64,000 bases of DNA from Laetmonice hystrix (lineage: Eukaryota): positions 8,556,001-8,620,000 of the forward strand of contig OZ249442.1 in assembly GCA_965235115.1 (NCBI GenBank). Reading direction: 5' to 3'. Position 1 is the stretch's first letter; each line of letters opens with the position of its first letter. The translations under genes were made by a program, and so were the position numbers. The notes beneath the pieces are model-generated. The model saw nothing but the letters and a program-made list of their open reading frames with translations. It searched no databases and was not told where the DNA came from. Positions 34,620 to 46,600 of the stretch are shown here, one piece after another.

Positions 34620-37600
34620 GTGAGTAGGCCTATATTGTTAAAGAGGCTTTTTTTCGGGGGGGGGGGGGGGGGGGTAGGGTTGAGAAGTTGGAGGCGCATA
34701 TTCTGGAGAAGAGGGGTTTTCCTCGCATCCAGCTTATATTTACCTAGGCCTATAAGAGAGAACGTGGACTTGCGGGTTTGGGTGCTTGTAACTTTTTGAA
34801 GTAAGGGGCTTCGGCTGTGAAAGGGTTGTGTATAGGCCTAGGTACCCTGCGCACCCACCCCCCGTTTCGGACCTTGCATATATAGGACCCTATATCTAGA
34901 AATTGTTCCGACGGAGGGCTAACCTAGTATGTACGCCTAGTCCCTCAAATCTATATATATAGGCCTATACTGTCTCTCGGCAATTCATGATGCCAGAAAA
35001 ATGTTCCAAGGAAGGCATAGGCCTATTTCCTTTCTTATGATATAGCAATATTCGTTTCTATTTATTCAGCGACATTTTTGTGTTAGTGCCAATGGTAGAC
35101 AGTTAGCAAGGGAAGGGCAACCTTTGACGAGTAATGGTCGTGCAAAGGACTGCTGTAAGTTACAACTCTGGCCCGATTCTGACTCACCTGGGGAATCCCA
35201 ATGACGACAACAGTAGTCAGTACCTCATATCTCTCGCTCGATGTTTCCGTATGAGGAGCGCTAGAAGTATTCGGGTTTATCAATTTGTTACCGTGTTACG
35301 TGATTCTCGATTCTGGTGTCGCTCTTTCCTTTGTTCCCTCGGTTGTTAAATCACATTGCTGACATTCTAACCATGATTGTACCCTAAGGAAACAATGGCC
35401 ATATCATAGACTGTAGAATGACGTCTCAAATTCTCAATAAATCGTTGAAAGCCGTCTTTTACTTCGTAAAACATATTCTAAACGAAGTTAGATTATATAT
35501 ATTTTATGTGCCAATAGGTGGCGCACACTATACGATTCCCTGTCGCCGAATAATTTATTGCTCTGTATATTTATTTGATTTAAGTTTCCTCAATGTTATT
35601 ACGATGGTTTTATTCCGACTGTTCTGTGAGATTTCTTATCGCTTCCTAACCTTGAGCTGAGATTTATCTAATGTAACAAGTAGCTTTGTACACCACAGTG
35701 CGGCCCCTTTGGCTTTTCTGACGTCATCGCGCGTTCATGATACTTTCAAAGGGTCAAGCAAACAGTGTCCCTGGCAACCGTTTCAGGCAGGGTCGTATAT
35801 CAAAACAGCGCCTTTGACAACGACTCTTGACATAAGAGTTAGGTCTGGGCTGGCCATAGGTTCAAAATATCCTTTCAGTCAGACAAACGCGCACACCCTT
35901 TTGTAGAAATATTTATTTCTACTATTCAAGTTTTCCTTTCCAGTTTACAGATTGAAGTTTGGGGTACAGGTTGTCCTCCCGATGCCTCGGGCATGGACAA
36001 CAACATGTCAACAAGTCCTCTACAATCATGAATGAGTCTATTATCGGAGACAGTCTTTAAATATTACAATAACCGTCACCCCGTTTCTACGGGAAGTGGC
36101 ATAACGTAGTGGAATCGTTGTCCAGAAGGTGGAACTCCCATCCAGTTACTCCCGTAGCTACTGGAAGAGTAACGTCAGACTCCTGTATCAGTTGGGCCCA
36201 ACGGCCCTTGGAGACCAAAAGACGCCTTCCAAGAACAGGAGGCGCTAGGGGTGGGGGCGGGTAACAACTTGTTTCAATGGCGCCCTGGTGCAAAGTGGCT
36301 GATCTCAAACGCTCATGTATGCAAACGTTAAAACTACCGCGAGGGGGCATTCCCAGCATGCCCCACCAACCAACCAGTTCCGTCATATAGGCAAACAAAT
36401 CTCGCGCTTGTTGTCTTGACTGAAATGCTATTTCGCTCACAAAATGCCGTTTGTCTTCTTTGGTGATAATTTAGCCTGTGCAAAATGTTTAATTCCATCG
36501 TCTACCATTAGCCTATCTTTCAATGTAGAGATGTTCATCATTTAATTATTATGAAGAAAAGTCACTAAATTTAGGCTATAGACGTGTGAATATTTTGGTT
36601 CATCTTTTATCCCTGTACTGCTCTATATTTCTAAGCGCAAAACTTTATGGGCACCTGGTCAGCACAGAGATATACCTATAAATCTTGACAACTTTTAGGG
36701 GCACAGTTGGCCAAGGGTGGATGGGGTCGTTCGCACCCCCGACCCCCCCCCCCCCCCCCCCCCTGCATGGGATATATCTTGTAATGTTGCTCCTCCCTTC
36801 ATTGGAATCAAACATGTTTATTACAGAGACAATTCGAAGAGGTCCGTATAGAGGATCTATATCTGCGGTACTGGCTACGGCTTCAGCGGATCCTACTCTT
36901 CAAACTGTTGATGGTCATCACAGTCTACGGCGTGGTGGTGGTCATTGCCTACAATACTTCCAGAATACGTACCTACTACACTACTAACCAGGTACGAGGT
37001 GGTCGCCATCAATCAGGAAATCATTAACAATAAAGTGCTAAACCCCCAAGGCGATTTCCCTTGCGACGGCCATGCGATTTTTGATTTAATTGTGGAATTT
37101 CACTCTGAAATGTTTCCTGGCTGGCCTCTATTTCAGGTAATGGGTTCCATCCTTTAATCTTAAAATTACAGAAAAATAAAAGGGTGATGTCAAAATCGCA
37201 TGGGCGCCGCAAGGGGAATCGCCTTAATGGGTACTTCAGCACTTAACAATGGCATGAGTTCAGTCAATTTGATTCAACCCAATGTCAAAGTTTTAAGGAA
37301 ATCAGACTTAAAAAAAACATGTCATGAATCCATGCACCGGTCACTATAATTATTATGACTACATGTATATGTTTAAAGCTAAGAAGCGAGTGACCATCAG
37401 TAGATCATAATGGATATCAATGCCTTGGGACATTGTCCATCATGAAATGGTCGTCTACAGAAGTTTGTAACACTGAGTGCGAGATGGCATATTTGTAATC
37501 GGAATAAATCATTCCTGCTGCCCTAGCTTATCGTAAGAAGGTTTGGTATATTATTGTAAACATTGTCAAAGGGACCAGACCAGACCTCATTCGGACGCCA

Positions 37601-40600
37601 TTGTTTGTAATTCTCCTGTGTGTTTCAATCCAAACGTTGCAGGAGGACGTGAAGACCTCGGCCGTGTGGGTAAACGTTACGCTCGCCGTCGCGCTCTGCC
37701 TGGCCCTCGTGTCGATCGTTCTGGTACTTGTTAGAGACGTCTTCTTCCGTATACCCAATATCCTGGCCGCCATCGTATGGCTCTTCCTCCTGGCTCTCAT
37801 CTACGCCTTCGCGCCCTGGTCTGGAGGACTGAGCACGTCTCCAGTAGATAACGTACCCATGACTTTCTACTCGATATTTGTGATTCACACCATGCTGCCC
37901 ACCCCGAGAAGGGTTGCCTTTCTCCTGGGTGCCGTTACAGGATTGGCGGATGTAGTTCTGGTTGGAGTATTTTATCCAAACCACCCCCTCCAGTGGAAGA
38001 TACGACCGGTAAGGCGCCTTTAACTTTGAGAATGTTATAAAGAGTGTTTAAAAATTCGTAGGTACAACAGAACAATGAGAAAAGGCTCTCTTTCCAATCC
38101 TATCAAGAACGTGTCGTTCAAGAAGATTTGAGTTTGAAGAAAACGTGTCTGACGTGTCCTTGTGTTCAGTTTACTTGGTTCAGGTCAGTTCCTATGCTGT
38201 AGCATAGGAACTGACGTCTATAAATAGTACATTGACCGTCAGGAGGGACGCCTGTCGCACAATGCTGAAGGACGAGACCGTCGCTTGAAGGAATGTTTCC
38301 ACTAATTGTCCTTGCGACGTCCATGCCATTTTGATACCACCCTTTTATTTCACTGTGATTTTAAAATTAAAGGATGGAACCCATTTCCAGAAACAGGGAA
38401 TGCCAGTCAGGAAAAAATTACAGTGTGGAATCCCACCATTAAATTAAAAATCGCATGGACGTCGCAAGGACAATCGCCAGTCCATGCAACCTGTCGCCAG
38501 CGATAAGAAACCCCCAACCGTGCACGGTGCACCCTTCAGACTTTCAAAGCCAGACCCCCCAAACCCGAGTGCCAAGACTGAACTTTGCTACGAAATCTAC
38601 TTGCGGCCCAGAAAACACAGTGGTCTAAAGGTGCTTGGTATGATTGGAAAGGGAAGAAAACTGCCACAAACACTTGTAGCATAATGTAGCTGTAATTTGC
38701 ACTTTATTCCTGGTTTCGACGTGCTCCAGCTTCCTAGAACACGCAGTGGTCTCCAGAAATACCATGCAGGCCGTCAAGAGGCCTGCTTACAGAGCGTTAA
38801 TTATCTCGAGTCAGACCTCATATTGGCGTGATGTGTTCGGATTTTGAAACATGCGAATTACCGAATCATTTCAAATACAAACTGGTAGGAGACGTCTCAA
38901 GAAAGTAGAATTGCACTTTTGGGCATCCGTATTTCTATAGAGTCCCGCTCTTTACTTGGTTTCAGATGCTTGCGAATTCCCTAATTTATTTATGCGCTAA
39001 TCTGACTGGGCTATACCACAAACACCTCACAGACCTGGCCCACCGTCACACATTCTTGGACAGCCGCAAATTCATCGAGGCTGACATAAAATACTCGCGT
39101 CAACGAGAGATGCAGGTAGGCAGAGAGCAGCGCCATAAAAACGGTTCTCAAACAGTGACATTTTAGAACGTCTGTTTGAAAATTCACCAGCGTCCCAACG
39201 TAATCAAACAGCACGCACGAACGTTATGTTCGTCTGGCGGTGCGTCAACCGAGCTTCTAAAAACACCATGCATTATGAACGGCGCTATTAGGTGCTGTGT
39301 TTGCTCAAAGTGCTACGTTGCATGACCGTGTCTATAGAGAATGCACCTGGAGCGAAAACTACATTTTAAAATCCCTTCGTACAATGCTGTTATAAGATAC
39401 GAATAAATCCCGACTATGGAGTTATATTTGTTCTCTTTTTCATATGAGTTATGTGTAAATTAAATACGTTTGTTTAAATAAACGTTGTCTCAACAATGTA
39501 TAAATGTACATATTCCATGTATATTATCAGCAAATAATAATCTGTTATATAATTGTTTCATTTATTTATCAATTTAGATTAAGATGAAGGAAGGCCTTTT
39601 GACAAAGGTGATACCCAGACACCTGGTTCACGATATGAAAAAGGCCCTGAACAGGAAAATCGTTGAGGTGGACGAAGGCCCACACAAAATTTTCTATCAG
39701 CTCTACGTTGACCGTCATGACGAAGTGAGGTAAGTACCAACAGCAAAAATATATGCAGGCCTGTCGCTTCAGTTTAAGATCGTTTATTGGATATTCCTGG
39801 GCGATGAGCATGCAGGTTGAGGTTTTATTGAGATATTTGTTTTACAAGATCTGCACCTAGAATTATTGGAAACTTCGGTACATTTCGATGTACGTGTTCT
39901 ACACTCTAGACTGTCACTGGAAGATATGGCATCATTCTTGCAGATTTTTCTTTTTGCTATCTTTTCCGAGAAGTGTTATCGGTCCTTCCTGGTATTCCGG
40001 TTCATTATGGAAGACTGAAGGTGTGACTATAAGTACAGAGGTCATATTCTGGAGGCCTAGCTTGTTGACAGCCGTTCTGGGCACGCCTTGTTACGAGAAC
40101 ACTTTCTGCACGTTTCCCAGAGCACGTTTACATAATATTGTAGACATTACGCATGCAGTATCAGGACAAACACTCTGTTACGTAAACCTAATTAAAGCGT
40201 TTATTTTGTGTCAGCCGTATCAACTGTATAAAGTCAACCCTGCCAATGCATAGACCAGACTAGTTTCAGTCAAACTTTTTGTTCTTTCTTTCTTTATTAT
40301 GTTAAAGTTTGTTACATTAGAAATATTGAAATCTTGGAGATGACAGGAAACGACAGTGGTGTAGCGAAAGCAAGTTGCATGATCCATGGCGAAATTAACA
40401 TAGGCTACTTTCGTCACCTTCCAACGGCCCTGAAGTATTTTTCCCCGTATCTTTTCCCCCCAAATTGACTGCCGTAATCGACAACCAAAAATATTACATG
40501 GGCGCACTTGTTCCATAGGTTAACTTTGGGTTAAATCCCAAAAAGACACCCCCTATAACCGTAAGCCTTGAGGGATTTTTTTTGGTACTCCCCAGGAGCA

Positions 40601-43600
40601 TAACCCTTCTAGGTCCACTGACATATTGAACCGACATTTATACCAACTTTTTTTAATTGTGTCTTCCGTTTGTAGACAATACAAAACGACAGTGTCTCAA
40701 ATCGGCAAGCCGGTGTCGAAACCCCAGAGAATAAGTCGATGCCGTGTGGCGAATCTTGACTTGAGAAGAATACACGGCCGGCGACCGTTTCGGTACCTTC
40801 ATCTCGAGATGAATGATAACGTTAGGTATTTGAGAGAACCACTGTGTGCTCCCCGTACATCGTGTTAGGTGTAAGTGTGGATGTGTAGGTCAATACTGAC
40901 CTCTTGTCCCAAACCTGGCTAATCATATATCCGTGGATGGATTGACACGTATCCTCGACCATAGGATAGCATCATGCGTGAACTGAAATGGTTTCATGCG
41001 TGAACTGAAATGGTTTCAGATTGATTTTGTGAACTGAAATGGTTTGAGATTGATATTGTTGCTTTTGTGTCTCCTCTAAATTTTTACCTTGATTCATAGA
41101 TCCACCTAAGAATTCGGTATGACAGTTAAGATTGTCAGATTTGTATCATTCTAACTTTCCCTTCAGGGGGATTCTCAAGGTAAGATGTTATTATAAGGCA
41201 ATGCATGCATGTGCACCCACTGGGGGATCCAGAGGGCCCGCCCCCTTAGATTTTCCTTTTTTAGGTGGGCCGCCCTTATCAAAATCCAGGATCCTCCACT
41301 GTGCACTAAAATTATGTTAAATTTCTGACCCACTATAAAGACCAAGCTGCCACTCAAATGATCATTGCTGACAGCTAGGCAGACCGGAAGTTGCCTTTTC
41401 GTCTCTTGCTACACTGATGACATTTTCGATTTGATTTGATTTGATTTTTAGCAAAGCGACAACAGCTACTGTATCAATGGTGGATGGCCTACCATAGTCA
41501 GAACAGGCTCCCACGTTAGTGGCGTAGCGATGGCCCGGGGGGGGGGGGGGCGCAGCCCAGTGGGGGCGCCTAAGAGAAAATTAAAATTGGATTTCGTATT
41601 ACAAGGAGGCGCCGGACACCCTCGCTACGCCATTGTTCTACGTATTTAAGGAATCTGCAAAACTTTGCCTCCACAAACAAGTCAACACTTCGCCCCCGCC
41701 CTTATCCTTTTTGTTAGCTCGCCCACAGGATGTGCCATTGTAAGACCGAATACAGTCCTTTCTTCTGCCATTTCCCTTCTAGCATCCTCTACGCGGATAT
41801 TGTGAATTTCACTCCATTGACTGAAAGCTTGGGGCCGGGCCAGCTGGTACAAACGCTGAACGAGTTGTTTGGACGTTTCGACGAGTTAGCAAAGGTTAGT
41901 AAAAAGATATCGTTCTGTCAGGCAGAAATGTAAGAAACATGATAAGCTATATACCACACCCAGTCAGCAGAGTCGGAGCGGAGGACGCCTCTGACAATAT
42001 TTATGCATGTATACTAAAAAGTAAACTTCATGTTATGTTAGGTCAACAACTGTATGAGAATCATGTTATGTTAGGTCAACAACTGTATGAGAATCATGTC
42101 ATGTTAGGTCAACAACTGTATGAGAATCATGTTACGTTAGGTCAACAACTGTATGAGAATCATGTTACGTTAGGTCAACAACTGTAGCCTATGAGAATCA
42201 TGTTATGTTAGGTCAACAACTGTATGAGAATCATGTTATGTTAGGTCAACAACTGTATGAGAATCATGTTATGTTAGGTCAACAACTGTATGAAAATCAT
42301 GTTATGTTAGGTCAACAACTGTATGAGAATCAAGATGCTCGGGGATTGCTACTACTGTGTCAGCGGCCTCCCCAATCCCCTGGAAGATCACGCGAGAAAC
42401 TGCGTCATCATGGGCATGTACATGATCAAGGTTATCCGGTTCGTAGAAATTATAAAGTTATAAAATTACAAATTATAAGTAAATTATAAGTAAATTATAA
42501 GTAAATTATAAGTAAGTTGCATTATTGGGAACTTGCTTAGGCTTACGTTGTATTTTCTTCATATGTCTTATAGCAGCCTTATATATGACAACGTTTTGGT
42601 GCAAATATATTTAGTGACTGTCTCAGCCAATCCAAGAGACTAAAGGTCGATAGTAACGACGTCAATAATTTAACATAGAAGTGAATGGTTGCTAGGTCGT
42701 TATTTTCGACCTAGCAACCCATTCACTTCTATGTTAAATTATCGACGTCGTTATTTTCGACTCTTTAGCAAAAGGGGCCCCAGGTTTGTGGTCATGGAGA
42801 GATATGAGGGAAGTGAACTAGACGTTTTAGTGAGGCGCATTATTTTGTTTGCTCGCAGGAACATTCGTAAGGAGACTGGCGTGGCCGACTTAGACATGCG
42901 TATTGGCATCAATTCTGGCTTTGTTCTGAGCGGAGTTCTTGGACTAAAGAAGTGGCAGTACGACGTCTGGTCTGATGACGTCATAGTCGCCAACCACATG
43001 GAAGCTGGAGGTCAGGCAGGGTAGGATAAAATTAAAATAATCCTCGGATCCTCATTCTGTGGTGAATTCTGTATTTAAATCATTTTTACATTAGATCATT
43101 ATTTGATAAATATATGGGCCTACAGTATATTATACCTGTATAAATTAGCATTGCAACCTTGTTTGGGCCCGTTTATCTCTAGAAAAGTTCACATCACCAA
43201 GGCAACGCATGAGAAACTCGGGGATGAATTTAAGGTGGTTGCCGGCAATGGTGCAGAGCGGTCGGAATTTTTAAAAGAGAACGGCATCGACACTTACTTC
43301 ATAGCAGACTCCGAGGTAGGTTTTACTCTTTAACTGACCCCTAAAATAAAACTAGTGTCTTGATCGAGAGGCCTGTCATAGCTCCGTCTCTGAATACAAT
43401 GGCAGACATCTTCGCATCTGAGAAAAAGGCAATCTATGTTTGGGATGTAAACAACGGAGGACAAAGAACTGCACTGAGTGTTTTATACATGCATCAGTTG
43501 GGAACGAGTTAGTAGCAATAAACTATAATTTCCTTTCTCGAGTTTTAGACTGCGATCAGAAAACAACACTTTAATGCCCACGTATTCATTAATGATATCA

Positions 43601-46600
43601 CTACATATGAAATGCTGCCTTTTATTTGAGTTCGTTTATGGCCTACTTCATATGCCTCTTTCATTGAAGGCATTGCAATAATTTATCATGAAACGACCCT
43701 AACGCCTTTGCGAGCGCCCTTTCAGTAGTTTGTACAATTGTGCTTCCTTACCCGACAGCTCGAAAAGATCGACATAGATGGTTTGATGAAGCGTATGACG
43801 AGCATCCGGGCATCTGCCCTGAGCCGGAAGCGAGCTCACGGTCGGTCTCGGCGTGTGTCGGTGGCGGAATACGTCGAGACGTGGGGGGCTGAGAAACCGT
43901 TCGACAGCCTCTCAGACTACATGATGGAACGAACCTTTCCGGTAAGGAAATCCTGTTTCGCAGTTTTACCAAATATAGACTACTATTCAGTAGCCCTTTT
44001 TAAAAAGACATGGAGTGTGTTTATTGGGGGCAGCCCGGCAGGATTGTGAAATGATTTATCATTGAAGGGCAGCAGTCGCCTACGCCTATAGGCCTCATTC
44101 GTATGGGAGACACCCGAAAAAAGCGACCTAATTGCCCCCCTTAATACTTGTCTACATCCATCTCATAGACGTTCTTGAGTTAAATTACCAGCGACCTTTC
44201 TTAATGAGTCGTTCCGATTTACGACTTTTATTCGAAAGGAGATAGCCGAAGTGAACAGCCGACTGGAGAGGGGTTTTCATCTGGACAGAAGTCGGGAGTC
44301 GGAAGAAGACAGGTAGGCAGCAGACCGGGGCACGAGTTGGGAGGGATGCTTGTAGCGCACTGGCTTATATCTTGTATATGCCTATACTATCTATTAGAAA
44401 TCAATGGAGCTTCTGCATGTATATACCTCATGTCTAATGGGCGGATCGAAGGAGGGCGGTCTACACCTAATTAGGGTGTGGATGTCTTCAGGAACAAATT
44501 CTCCAATTCAATTAGTTTTTAGAATTATCACCATATATCGCTCAAAAAATGATACGTCAAATTTTCGGGAGTATGAAAAAAATGTGTCGCCAACGAAGGT
44601 AGAAACGCAAGTGACCGTCTACCTACAACAAATCTGACCATGGCAACATACAGTTCTGGTCACTTGACATGAGCAGTGACCTTTGACCCTAGGCAACCAC
44701 AAGGGTGCTTTTCCCGCGCATTGAAAAGCTATTCGTGTGACGAAATCCTCCTTGTTTTTTTTTCTTGAAATTCATGCATGAATATCATTGATGTTTGTAA
44801 GAGTAAAGCCACCTCAGTACTTGTTGAGTATAACTAAATTCTGTCCCCTGTGTCCGCTGGCATACACATATAGAACCTCAGTATGAATGTCCTTAGTTTG
44901 TAAATTTGAAAAACAAAATTATATGCAAGCTGTGGTCTGTAATCACTGGGGAAATTCCATCTTTTTGTACCATCATGCCGGACCGCGACACATTGCTCAA
45001 CCTCTGCCGAGTAAAGTAGAATTCGGAAGTCCAAATGTTGGCAGCTCCGTTTTCCGATTCCGTTTTCCGTTTCCGTTATCCATTTCCGATTCGATCGTTT
45101 ATGCCTATTTCCTATGAGAGTGTTTCCATGTGAACGTTTTGTAGTCCGATTGGAATGAAACTCGCCCCCATAGGAAATAGGCATAAACGATCGGATCGGA
45201 AACGGAAAACGGAAACGGAATCGGAAAACGGAATCGGAAAACGGAAACGCAAACATGGAAACACGGCTGGGATCCGCCTGTCTGACCTTTGGTGGCTGGT
45301 GGAAGACGCCACAGTAACACAATGCACACGCTTGAAAGGACTGCAATATAGGTTATTGTTCATTGACCAGAGGGTGTCATATTGTGGCAGGAGTCATCAC
45401 TACTAGCCTCTATAACGTTCTCTAGATATGACAAGTGTGGTTTTAGAGAACTAATCTACCTGGCAACGATATCACTGATCGTCATTATGAGGGCCAATAT
45501 TGGTAACCCAGAGAAAACGGACAATACAAATCTCCCAGCTCGAAATTGGTCATTTGCATTGGAGACGCCGAACTTTTCGGATGAGAGGGCTGTCACCTGG
45601 TGGGAGGTGTATTGAAGATTGGCTTGTTGTAACGGGTGGCACGAATATGAGAGCCGTACAAATTTACTTACTTCGTCGAGCTGTACGTGTTGTACGGAAG
45701 GGGCAAAGGTGCGTGCCGGTAACATTACGGATTGACTGTCGGTGAAAATGCCATAGTGTAGGCGTCAATGGACAAAACGTGATATTTTCTTATTCTGTCT
45801 ATAATATGACAGGATGAAGATGCTGTGCACACTAGGTCCATACGGTCTCGGGGCAATGGCACAAAAGGCAGCTTAGTGCAATGTAGTGTGAATCGCATGG
45901 CTACACAGAGAAAGACCAGCATTGTTCACTGCTTGTGCACTGCGCATTCGCGAGTACATCACTCCATAATTTGTTAAAAATAAGTCCTAAATATAAAAAA
46001 CACACACATAGCTCTTCACTAATGCAGAATCTAGCATTTGAAACGCTTAACCGCGATCATAACAATAGCTTTTCCATTTTCATTTGATGCGATGAATAAG
46101 GCATGCAGTGTAGGCCTAACCCGAGCTAACTTAAATATCTTCCTCCTCTGATGTAAAAACAAAAACTGTTAAGATAATATAAATTATTGTAACAGTATAG
46201 ATGGCAAATAACCTTTATTAGACCACTTTTGTCAACTGACTAAATGATTTCAAGATATGGCATAGAAAACGCACCGAAGAATGCGAAAAGATTCATTAAA
46301 ACATTATTGGCCGGATGCAAGAACAGTTTGTGAAGTTAATACCAAGAATGGCTTAACTTAGTAGATTTAAGGTTGGGTACTTTTGGTATAGTCATGTTTA
46401 ACTAAATTCATTTGTGCTTGGCCAGCGAAATCAGGGACACTCTACAAAAAAAGAGAAATTGCTAGAAAAATCTGACTTTCTGACAACAGGGAATCGGCGT
46501 AAATCCACGGATTGGGTTAATCTCGAGGCTAACTACATCCTTGCATACGGCCATATTATATGTTTGCACGGTCACCGTTCTGTGGTCAACGTTTATTACA

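Noticed and set aside
44192-44238. CCAG acceptor at 44191 for cyclase exon 11
   Set aside because: It gives phase 1 whereas exon 10 ends in phase 0. It would need an undetected micro-exon or another donor.
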